This document shows positions 39,583-51,148 of a stretch of DNA of 64,000 nt, in pieces. The notes beneath the pieces are model-generated. The model was not told where the DNA came from. It searched no databases and saw only the letters and a list, made by a program, of their open reading frames with translations. This DNA is from Bispira polyomma (Eukaryota). A program made the position numbers and the translations under genes. Position 1 is the stretch's first letter; the number at the start of each line of letters is the position of its first letter. The stretch is taken from NCBI GenBank assembly GCA_965649765.1, contig OZ287749.1:83080001-83144000 (forward strand), in the 5' to 3' direction.

Positions 39583-41230
39583 AACTAGAAAACGGTTTTT
39601 GATAACAACAACGAAGCGTCCCTAAAGTTAAAATAATAATGAAATTGTTTAGTGTACAAGGTTTGATATTGTTTAAAAGTTGACATATAAGCAGAATCAC
39701 TTTTGGTCAATGTAAGCTCGAAAAGGATCACCATTTCCGAGATAACAGACGTTTTCTAAAAAGACGCAGAAATTGAAGATGATTGCCCAAATCAAAAATT
39801 ACTATAAAAATTTACATAAAAGAAAAATCAGCCCTATGAGTCGAAAAGGAGCTTGAAATCGCTCTATCTAGCACCGTTTCTGAGATAAAGGACATTTTCG
39901 AAAAAGACGCAGAAATTCAAGATGGCGGCCAAAATGTAACACCTTTTTAAAAGTTTAAATATAAGCAAAATCAACCCTGTGGATTGAAAATGAGCTCAAA
40001 ATCAGTCTATCTAGCACCGTTTCCGAGATAACAGACATTTTCGGAAAAGACGCAGAAATTCAAGATGGCCGCCAAAATTGAAAATTTTTTAAAAGTTTAT
40101 GTATAAGCAAAAATGAACCCTGTGGGTCGAAAATTAGCTCAAAATCGCTCTATCTAGCACCGTTTCCGAGATAACGGACGTTTTCGAAAAAGACACAGAA
40201 ATTCAAGATGGCCGCCAAAATTGAAATTTTTTTAAAAGTTTACGCATAAGCAAAATCAACCCTGTGGGTCGAAAATGAGCTCGAAATCACTCTATCTAGT
40301 ACCGTTTCAGAGATAATGGACATTTAAAAAAAAATTTCAAATTAAAATCGTTTTATATCAGTAACGATCGCATATTTTTGGATGGGGTAAAAAATAAATA
40401 AAAATTCAGGCTATTCTTTAAAAGTTACGCGCTGCATGTACTGGTCTAAAATTAAAAATAAAAAAAATCCTCACATGCTCAAAAAAGCACCCATCAACAC
40501 ATTTTTTTCCCCATTTTGTATGATTGATCGACCCTGTCAATCAGTCAATTATCACCAGATTGATCTAAAAATTTACGGACATCTATGCTTTGGTATTTGC
40601 AATGTGCATGCGAAATTTCATTGAACTATGACAAGTACTTCAAAAGAAAAGTTGATAAAAGTGCAAGATAGAGCAAAATAGAGCAAAATACTCATTTGAA
40701 GTACTCAGTACTCATTGAGTACTGGACTTAGAACTGTGAAATTTTTACATCATACATAAAATTAAAAAGTAGATGAATAACTTATACCAAGAAAAAGCCG
40801 AAATCCCAATAGTTTCCGATATAGCAAAAAAGTACCCATTTTTCGCATTTCAATAAAAATCAATCGGTTGGCAATCGGTCAATTATCATCCGATTAATCT
40901 CATCAACGTCTCCCGTCCTGAAAATTGCCTTACCAAGGTACATACCAAATTTCATTAAGCTATGATGAATACTTTTTGAGAAAACCTAGTGACAAGCACT
41001 TTTACACCCCCAGGGTCACCTGACATTTAAGTAGGCCAAAGTTCAAAGCCAAGAATATCAAAAAAATTTCCCACTCCTGGTTAAGAGAACTGCAAAAAAT
41101 AATTTTGATGCAGATAATATTGAAGCAGATATTCAAGGAAGACCATGCGGTGGCGGCACAGGCGGCGGCACAAGCGGCGAGGAAACCAGGGGTGAAGCCA
41201 AATAAGCGCCCTTTTTAAGGGACGCTTAAT
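39583..41230 (-). mobile_element. Helentron/DINE-type family A copy 2 (longest internal array)
   Basis: As copy 1; caagatggc units at 39918, 40061, 40205; flanked by a 37-bp direct repeat. Confidence 0.88.
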
Positions 41231-42404
41231 TAATTATCAAAAGTCAGTGTATTTATAGACATAGATTTCATCTGGTTTTGCCCTCAAAACAATTTCAGAA
41301 GACAATCTTTACTACAATACAATGTAAGCCGTTAAAATTAGTAAAAACAAATGTCTGAACATTATCTCAATATTTCCTTTGTGTTCTAAGATTACCTAAT
41401 GATACTATTTGAAAGCTACCATTTGGCTGTATTTCTGCAAATCAAAGTCTTTATCTTTAATTTGAACTCAACCTTAAATTCCTACTCAAGTACTCGAATG
41501 ACAGGGGGAAATACAACAGTCCTCATACACAGAGTTACTTGGTACCATTCATTATTTATTTTAAATAGACTTTCAATGCCACATGCAAATATGAATTTAG
41601 ATTTTACATGATATATGTTTATTGTAAAAAAAAAAAAATTGGCTTATTTCCCGAGTACAGTACTGTTATCCAGAGTTTTTCCTTTGTTTCTACGGAATAC
41701 TTGTGTGTACTTTGGAGAGATGAGAAAAAAATACATAAATGGAGAAGAATGAAAGACGTTTGGCTTCTGCTCTGTGAACACATTATCAGAAAGTAGCTCA
41801 TTGTTGAAGGTTTGTTGTACAAGTCTGCAGAGCTCTGCTACAGCAAGATAAACAGGCTTCAGTTACAACACCATACTTGTACTGGTTTATAACAGTTTCA
41901 AACACTTTTAATATTTCAATATAGGCTTAAAGCCTCTTATTATTTAAGACATTAAAAACCATACTTGGAATTCTTTAAATTGGTTATACAGATTTTTATT
42001 TTTGCAAGATAAAAGATGCATCACAAGTGATAATGTTTTAATAAAATTGTTTTATAAATATTTGTGTTGCAGGAGGTTTAGCAATTCTTCAGGGACAAAC
42101 AAGTAGGTGATTGATAAAATAAGGTTGCAATTTACTTTTTTTAGAAAGAAAAACCAGGTCATAGTACAGAAACCTTTAAGAGCTAAAAGCCATTACAACA
42201 TATTAACTAGAAATAGAGTAATAAGAGTATAAGAGTAGCTGCAACATATGAAAAAGAAACAGGATAGCATAGAAGAACACACATTAGCATGTGTAATGTC
42301 CACCCCATGAACCTTTTGAAACTATTGCACAGTAGTCTTACAGGACTGTTTTGTTTGTAAAATATATCAACGATGCTCCAAAATTTATTAGTATACATGT
42401 AAAT

Positions 42405-42670
42405 TATTTCAACTGCAGACAAAATGTCGTCGGACAAAATATCGAGGGGACAAAACGGCAGTCAAAATTGCAAGGGGGACAAAATGCTGTCTAACTAAAT
42501 GGTACACAACACATTTACACAAGCACTGCCCAGTAGTGTACACCATGTGACAGATTCCTGAAAAAAGCCCATCAGGAAAAATGTCCATCAAGTGAATCCC
42601 ATCAGCAAAAAATCCCATCAGGAAAATTGGCCATCAGCTAAAGTGATGGGTGGGAAAATTGGCCATCAAT
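42405..42670. repeat. Short subterminal-type repeats (aaaatgtc / aaaaa.cccatcag), probable DNA-transposon end
   Basis: Clustered ~15-17 bp motifs. Confidence 0.4.
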
Positions 42671-42909
42671 TTTGCCACAACAGATAATTTAACTATTATT
42701 TATAAAAATCTGATGTAAGGTAATGATAAACTACATTTACAATTGATTGAGGTCCACTTTTATTTCAGGTTTAGGTATAAGTTTTATAAGTTTATTTAAA
42801 TCAAAGGAATAGTGCATAAATTTCATGTTATTTTATTTGTATCAAAAGAAGGGTGCACAAGTTTCCTAATTTTTTATTTACACCAAAGGAAGGGTGTATG
42901 TGGTGTGTC

Positions 42910-44140
42910 TACTCAGGCGAGATCAAGAAAAAGCTATTGTTAGTTGTATAATCTGTGCGTAAATTCTTTGAAAGCTCAGAAGAAATCAATTGATTGGCAG
43001 TGTGTGAGAGTAATAACAAATTGCTCTTTCTCGCACAGTTCAGGAGATAGAAGCAAATTTGTGTTTTTCCAGTTTTGGCAAAAATTCGAAAATTCAAAAT
43101 GGCCGCCATTTTTGGGGAGTGGAAAATTTTTTGAAAATTGCCTATAGTACATTTGTTAGATACCCAGTGGGTCGAAAATTTCGACAAAATCACTATCTGG
43201 CACGGTTAAGGAGATAGAAGCAAATTTGTCTTTTTCCATTTTTGGCAAAAATTCGAAAATTCAAAATGGCCGCCATTTTTGAGGAGAAGAAATTTTTTGA
43301 AAATTGCCAAGAGTACATTGATTAGATAGCCTGTGGGTCGAAAATTTCAAGGAAATCGCTCTATCTCGCACGGTTAAGGAGATAGAAGCAAATTTGTGTT
43401 TTTCCAGTTTTGGCAAAAATTCAAAAATTCAAAATGGCCGCCATTTTTGGGGAGAGGAAATTTTTTGGAAAATTGCCTATAGTACATTTCTTAGATACTC
43501 TGTGGGTCGAAAATTTTGACGAAATCGCTCTATCCTGCACGGTTAAGGAGATAGAAGCAAATTTACATTTTTACATTTTTGGCAAAAATTCGAAAATTCA
43601 AAATGGCCGCCATTTTTGGGGAGAGTAAAATTTTTTTCAAAATTGCCAACAGTACATTGCTCAAATACCCTGAGGGTCGAAAATTTCGACGAAATCGCTC
43701 TATCTCGCACGGTTTAGGAGATAGACATATTTATGTTTTTCGCTATGTAGCTATTACTACTAAAAGTAGCTAAGTAGCTATTGCTGAGTCAGTTATATAG
43801 CTATTATCACTAAAAGCAATTCCAAGCAAGCTATTGACCTAACTATTGGTCATACCAAATTTGGTAAAGATATGTCAAATATTTTTCCTTAAAATGCCCG
43901 GAAACAAAAGAAGTACATAAAAGTAAGAAAGTAGCTATTACTCAGTTAGCTATGGAGCTATCTTCACCACAAGCAATCCCATGCAAGCTATTAACCCAAT
44001 GAACACCCACACCAAATTTGGTAAACATAGGATCAAAACTTTTCCTTAAAATGACCGGAAACCAAGCGTGACGGACGGCGGACGCTGGACGCCGGAAAAA
44101 GCAAAAATAATATGTCCACCCCCCACTGGGGTGGACATAA
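42910..44140 (-). mobile_element. Helentron/DINE-type element with ~168-bp internal repeats
   Basis: aaaatggccgccatttt x4 between about 43095 and 43620; gacggacggcggacg tract; hairpin tatgtccacccc..ggggtggacata. Confidence 0.8.
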
Positions 44141-44149
44141 TAATCATGA

Positions 44150-46020
44150 CATACTGAATACTTACTATCATAATAGTCGTGGTTATACGATTACTGAACT
44201 AAGTAACAATTACGGACTATCATGATGGTTGTGGTTATATGATTACTGTGCTAATTAATACTGGCTATCATGATGGTTGTGGCTATAAAATAATTAAACT
44301 AAGTACTTACTGGCTATCATGATGGTTGTGGTTATATGATTGCTGTACTAAACTAGAAAACGGTTTTTGATAACAAAAACGAAGCGTCCCTAAAGTTAAA
44401 ATAATAATGAAATTGTTTAGTGTACAAGATTTGATATTGTTTAAAAGTTGACATATAAGCAGAATCAGCACTTTTGGTCAAATATAAGCTCAAAATCGCT
44501 CTACATTTTTTCAATAGTTTACATATAAGCAAAATCAACCCTGTGAGTCGAAAATGAGCTCAAAATCTCTCTATCTAGCACCGTTTCCGAGATAACGGAC
44601 ATTTTCGAAAAAGACGCAGAAATTCAAGATGGCCGCCAAAATTGAAAATTTCTTGAAAGTTTATATATAGGCAAAATCAACCCTGGGGTCGATAATGAGC
44701 TCGAAATTGCTCTATCTAGCACCGTTTCCGAGATATTTGACATTTTCAAAAAAGACGCAGAAATTCAAGATGGCCGCCAAAATTGAAATTTTCGTGAAAG
44801 TTTACATATAAGCAAAATCAACCCTGTGGTTCGAAAATGAGCTCGAAATCGCTCTATCTAGCACCGTTTCAGAGATAATGGACGTTTTAAAAAAAAACCT
44901 TAATTTTTAAAATTTTCGAAATTGAAATCGTTTTATCTCAGTAACGATCGCATATTTTTGGATGGGGTAAAAAAATTAAAAAAATTCAGGCTGTTCTTTA
45001 AAAGTTACGCCCTGCATGTACTGGTCTAAAATTAAAAATAAAAAAAATCCTCACACGCTCAAAAAAGCACCCATCAACACATTTTTTTCCCCATTTTGTA
45101 TGATTGATCGACCCTGTCAATCAGTCAATTATCACCAGATTGATCTAAAAATTTACGGACATCTATGCTTTGGTATTTGCAATGTGCATGCGAAATTTCA
45201 TTGAACTATGACAAGTACTTCAAAAGAAAAGTTGATAAAAGTGCAAGATAGAGCAAAATAGAGCAAACTACTCATTTGAAGTACTCAGTACTCATTGAGT
45301 ACTGGACTTAGAACTGTGAAATTTTTACATCATACATAAAATCAAAAAGTAGATGAATAACTTATACCAAGAAAAAGCCGAAATCCCAATACTTTCTGAG
45401 ATAGCAAAAAAGTACCGATTTTTCGCATTTCAATAAAAATCAATCGGTTAGCAATCGGTCAATTATCATCCGATTAATCTCATCAGCGTCTCCCGTCCTG
45501 AAAATTGCCTTATCAAGGTACATACCAAATTTCATTGTGCTATGATGAATACTTTCTGAGAAAACCTAGTGACAAGCACTTTTACACCCCCAGGGTCACC
45601 TGACATTTAAGTAGGCCAAAGTTCAAAGCCAAGAATATCAAAAAAAATTTCCCACTCCTGGTTAAGAGAACTGCCAAAATAATTTTGATGCAGATAATAT
45701 TGAAGGAGCTATTCAAGGAAGACCATGCGGCAGCGGCGGCGGCGGCGAGGAAACGAGGGGTGAAACCAAATAAGCCCCTTCTCAAGGGACGCTTAATAAT
45801 TACTGGCTATCATGATAGTTGTGGTTATAGGATCACTGAACGAAGTAATTACTGGCTATCATGATGGTTGTAGTTATGTGATCACTGTACTTAAAGTACT
45901 TACTGGCTATCATGATGCTTGTGGTTATATGATCACTGTACTTAAGTACTTACTGGCTATCATGATGGTTGTGGTTATATGATCACTCTACTTAAAGTAC
46001 TTACTGGCTATCATGATGGT
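44150..46020 (-). repeat. ~50-bp tandem array (about 9 units) copying the donor of exon 46005-46226, split by a Helentron
   Basis: Unit is ACCATCATGATAGCCA|GTAAGTAC plus ~30 nt of intron; units at 44150-44350 and 45798-46020. Confidence 0.9.
44351..45797 (-). mobile_element. Helentron/DINE-type family A copy 3
   Basis: Same termini and body as 25022 and 39583. Confidence 0.88.
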
Positions 46021-46226
46021 CTTTGAGTTTCCTCCCAGGCTGTCTTTAAGTAGCCAGGTGAGTACTGAGTCCCTGTAAGGGATGTAGAGTCTTGACTTCT
46101 TGCCAGTAGGCGTGGACCCTGAGGCAGAGTTGAGGCTTTCTCTGCTTCCATCTGGACTGCTGAGACTGAGTGAGGATTCCATCATAGAGTCCTGTCTCTG
46201 ACTCCATTCTAACAGAGACCGCTCAG
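46005..46226 (-). CDS. STARD9: STARD9/KIF16-like exon, loop 12 insert plus [26 protein letters not shown]
   Basis: Diagnostic KIF16 motor motif; Ser-rich L12 insertion as in STARD9; GT-AG, phase 1-1. Confidence 0.97.
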
Positions 46227-46271
46227 CTGTAAACAGACAAAGATAGCGTCAATATACATCACAAACAGTGC

Positions 46272-46339
46272 CTAGTATCTAACAGAGAATCCCAGCATAG
46301 AGTCCTGTCTCTGGCTCCATTCTAATAGAGACCGCTCAG
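46272..46339 (-). pseudogene. Partial duplicate of the 5' end of exon 46005-46226 (pseudo-exon)
   Basis: ttttcttccacag|CT GAG CGG.. reads (A)[21 protein letters not shown]; 46296-46343 differs from 46183-46230 at 2 positions. Confidence 0.8.
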
Positions 46340-49300
46340 CTGTGGAAGAAAAGACATAGGTAATGTTTCAAAATACATCATAACGACTGGACCAGGGTAA
46401 TATCTAATTGTGACTTCTCAGTTATAGGTGGATACACAGATAATGTGTAAATATACATCATCAACTCTGGGCAGTATCTGTCAGAGATTATGTTTAATTT
46501 AGGATTCTTCAGCTTAAAAAAGTGTGCATGTATTAATTTAATCAGTGTTTAATCCATTTGGAGACATTAAATCAGTCGCTGCCTAGTACATCGGAAATAT
46601 TTGGTAATTGTGGCAATGATGTGTACAATTCCTAATACACGTGTGTGCTTAAGCGTGAGCGTAAAATAATGACTTGAATAGAGTCATGGGATAGGTAACC
46701 AAGGTGTTGTGTTCCTGAACCAATGAGAAAAAAAATATACAGGAAATATGTTCTACTCTTGAGGGAATGACTGTATTTTAATGAATCTTTCTTTACTTGC
46801 TGGCGCATATGTAAGTTACTTGACTCTACATTGATGATTGAACCACATGAATGACTTTAAATACTTAAACGCAGTAAAGTAAATAAATAACAAGAATACA
46901 GTACTGGGAGGATAATCTGACATGGACATATTTCCCCAAGATATTTGCTTTAATCAGTGATCAACAATAGGCCATACAAGGGCGATCCCCTTCTCTAATT
47001 TCACCTTAATCCCCACTTGTAAGTTGTCAAACACACAATAAATCCAGACTTATATATAACAATAGTTGACTCCTGACGGGGGAGCTATAGCTTCAGAAAT
47101 CTCTATACTTTCTAGATCTCCAGTACAAACATACAATAGAGAGTTTTCCCTTCATTTGACTTCTATACTCAGATAAAGGAGCAATATGTAACATTTCTAC
47201 ATTTTATTCTTAATTTATGATTACGAGTTTAAAAATAATTCTAAAACTCACTTCTCACTGAACATGCCAAAACTAATCCTCAACTCTTTTAGGTTTTTAC
47301 ACAACTTGAGTGTCCAATTAAACCTAAATCCAAAACATTTGCTAAATATATTTCTATACATGTATATGTCATTGTATGTATGTTATTCATCTATCTAATT
47401 GCCTGTCTTTGTCCACTTCAGTGACCTTTCCCCTTTATTGGGTGGAGTGGGAAGTTTTCAGTGTTGGGATCATGGTAAACGATTGAAAACATACCAAAGA
47501 GTCCTAATCTGTTCTGATTGTTCAAAATCTCAGACTGGTTGAAATGTAGATTCATTAAATACCTCAATTGTCTATTTCAATAGTATAACACTATAATTAT
47601 AGAATTTTTACCAGAAATACAATTTAGTTTGATCTACTTTCCACTGAAAATTATTGTTTTATGTTTATAAGGCCAACAAAAAAAAGATGAAGGTGACCTA
47701 ATTCAGGGTCATCAGACTCCTCACGTGACCTCAAAGCAGGGACTGACCATTGTCCACTACACACATATCCAAAAAATTCACTGGTATGCTTAAGGTAACA
47801 TAAAATGTTCATCTTCATTGGCCAGCCAGTTAAATGGCTCCAACATATACTTTTTGTTAGGAAATGGTAAGTGCAATATTGCCAATAAAAATACTGAATA
47901 TAACTTCCTCTAACCCTAAACTGTAGCTTCTTGAAAGTTTTGATAGTTAATATTTTCAGTTTTACAATATTACAATATATAATTATAGCTAATATTTTTA
48001 GTTTTACAATATTACATTATATAATTATATATGTACATAAATGTAAATTTATTTCTATATGACATAATAACATAACAGCTGGTGTAATGGTATAACAACT
48101 TAAAGTGGAGACTGTGGAACTCAAATTTTATTTTTAAATTGTTAAAGAAGTTTCTTCAACTCAAATTCTTCGCAACTTATAAGTCAATGCAGTTGAGATT
48201 CCCCTGACTCACTTATCATATCATCCCACACTATCAAAGCACAACTCTTAGAGTTAATTGTAACAGTTACAATATTGTACATCACATGGATACTCCAAAT
48301 AGATACTAAAACATTTAGTTGACATCTACATGACAAAAAAGTCAAGATAACTAAAACTGCCTAATTCCCATTTGTGATTCAGTCACCTAGATTTGGTCTA
48401 ATAGATCCAAGGCTAAAAACCTGAACTTATCAACAAGACAACATGGATATACACAAAGAAGTGAAGTGTGTATCACTGGGTCTAAAAGCCATGCCTCTCC
48501 AAGAAAAGCCACGGTAATCAAGTCACCGCAAATAAGACACAAATTCCTTGTTCAGGAGGCCATACTAAGACATTTTGTACTAAATAGATACATACACCCA
48601 ATAGTATCTTACAGCAGTGGTATGTCCTTGAGTTTTATTGGTTATACACACCCCTTAAAGGGATTACTTCCAACGCCTTGAACTTGCATGATTTTTCAAG
48701 TACCAGAGTTCTAAACCTACGGACTCCAGCATGAATCACACAATGGATCAGAAGCAGGATAGAGACACAAACATACTACCATCATCCAGATATCTCATGT
48801 AAAACCATTAACAGCACAAAAAGGCAATCAGGCCATAAACTTTTACACACCCTTTCTTCTCAATAAAAAAAATTTGTATTTATTGCTAGAAATTTTCATG
48901 GACGAATTATCAATGTCAATTGGTGGGGGCAATTCTTAAGTGGGATATTTGCAGTAATTTATATATATTAGAGAACAGTGAAATAGTTAGGTGTGAAAGC
49001 CAACATATTAAGACAGATAGAATGGAAGAAGCCATCGGGCGTGTTTAAATGGCAGTTGTCCACTCAACGATTATCTATTTAAAGATTCCCTCTGATCTCA
49101 TTTGGCAATTACGCTTTATTTCACAGGGGCAAATAGTTTAAGGCTCTAATGAATATGGTTTTAAAATATTTTTGAGCCTGCTTATCGGCTGAAAGAATGC
49201 CAATCTACTGTTAGGTATGTACGCTGACATTTTTTTTTTCCAGAATGTACTAATTATTGCCTAGTTTTTGATCTTGTAAAATGTGTAGGTTGGCTTATCA

Positions 49301-49564
49301 ACATATTTTAGTAGAGAACAAATGACCATCAGAAATAAAATACTTACCCTACAAGCCCCAAAACTCCTATGCTCTTATTCTCCAAAGAATCTCAAACTCG
49401 AACTCAGACTCAAATGAGGGTTATGTGGAAATGCCTGTATATGGAAATAACCTGTACTTGTAACTATTCAGTTTACCAGAGCTTTTAGTGCTAAATTCAA
49501 ATATGGAGTCAGATTTTACTTTATTTCACTGAAGCAAGGGTGACCTGATTTGTCTACCACTAAC

Positions 49565-49668
49565 CTAATGACTGTATGACGTTTCCCAGTGTGACTAGAG
49601 ATTTGTTGATATTGGCGCCTTCTTTTAACCTCCCCTTGTTGTAGTGACTATTGGGGTCAGCCCGCTCA
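49565..49668 (-). CDS. STARD9: STARD9/KIF16-like exon: (S)ERADPNSHYNKGRLKEGANINKSLVTLGNVIQSL(A)
   Basis: Switch II/helix 4 motifs; ERADP is STARD9-like; GT-AG, phase 2-1. Confidence 0.97.
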
Positions 49669-49689
49669 CTGAAAATAAATACATGTATA

Positions 49690-50016
49690 TGTAGCCTTAT
49701 AGTCTGATATCACCTCTATTGAGGTCTCATCTGTCTTTACAATTTACACCCCCAGCTTGGGTTCTTCCACTTGTCAAGTATTTGTTCAGTCTCAGCATCC
49801 TCAGGAAGCCATGCTACTAGCCATGCTGCCACATACGACACAAAGACGAACACCTATTTGAGCGGGCCAGGTATCCATTTATACACCTGGGTAGAGAGGG
49901 ACAATGTTGTGTCAAGCACCTAGTCCAAGGGTACAAACAACAGGCCTGCAGTAAGGATCGAACCCTGGACCCTGAGATCCAAAGTCTGACACTCTAACCA
50001 CTAGGCCACAGAGACC
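49690..50016 (-). mobile_element. CORE-type tRNA-SINE
   Basis: A-box TGGCCTAGTGG, B-box GGTTCGATCC, CORE-like cccttggactagg..ctacccaggtgtataaatggatacc. Confidence 0.75.
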
Positions 50017-50360
50017 ACAGAAATAAACGAATCAACCAATTAAACTTACATATTACTGAAATTTTAACTTAACAGACAAAATTAACTGCCCTCTAATAAC
50101 AACAATGGATCATAAAAAATAATAGACTGTAGTAAATGCACATACTTTCCAAAAGCTTTTCCATATAGGTACAGTAGAATGGGTTAAAACCTCTATTATC
50201 CAAACACCTTGGGTGGGCAATATTTTGTTTGGATAATAGAAGGGTCACATAATAGAAGAGACACTTGAATACAAAACAATAGGGAAATAAAATACATGAG
50301 GAGAGTAGGAATAAGTTCATTATATAAAATATTTGGACAATATAATTTTGTATACTAGAG

Positions 50361-50615
50361 TTTGAATTTGAATTGGGATATTTAACGTCCACTCTAGTAC
50401 CTGTTTAGGTTATATTGGGACTGGTAGTTGGAAATGCTGGAGGAAACACTGTATACAGTTGATCACGGTTCTGCACTGAAACCAGCGGCCCACAGTAAGG
50501 AACTACCACCTTTCCCACATAGGCATCGACGAGATTCGAACTCACGCCGCCCAGAGGTGAGAGACCAGTGATTGTGAAGCGCAATGCTTGCTAACCACTA
50601 GGCCACCGCGGCCCC
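50361..50615 (-). mobile_element. Young tRNA-SINE, copy 4 ((TTCAAA)n tail)
   Basis: 13-bp TSD ttgtatactagag at 50348-50360 and 50616-50628. Confidence 0.93.
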
Positions 50616-51074
50616 TTGTATACTAGAGGTATTGTTTGACCATATATACCTTACTAGGGTATCAAATCATCAAGCACTTCTGGTAATATTAACAAAAATT
50701 TGTGTGTTGTACACAAACAATTTCTCAATTAGATTTGGGTTAGTTCTACTTACAACTGGACTGGGGTTAATTAGTCTGAGAGTTTGCAGAAATGTAATCA
50801 ACTATGCACTAAAATACACACTTTTTCCTCCCTGTGAACAGGTGACTGGGCGTAAATCTATTGACCGCAAAGCTTACAATAATAGCAACAGAAAAAAAAT
50901 TTATCGATGAAACAAACAAACAAATATTAGGACAATAATAATGAGATATTATTATTATACTATATAATACTTCTGTAATACCTTTAATTCCACAAAAAAA
51001 ATACTAAAGACAAACAAGACTCGGAGACAGTAAGGATAATATGTGTTTTAGATTTTATATACACACTGATTTAC

Positions 51075-51148
51075 CTCCCAGCTAGGTCCACCAGATTGAT
51101 TTTGCTGACTTTTTCTGAAGGGAGCTGCGAAGCTTCGTCGTATTTAGA
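51075..51148 (-). CDS. STARD9: STARD9/KIF16-like exon: SKYDEASQLPSEKVSKINLVDLAG(S)
   Basis: SKINLVDLAGS switch II motif; GT-AG, phase 0-2. Confidence 0.97.
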
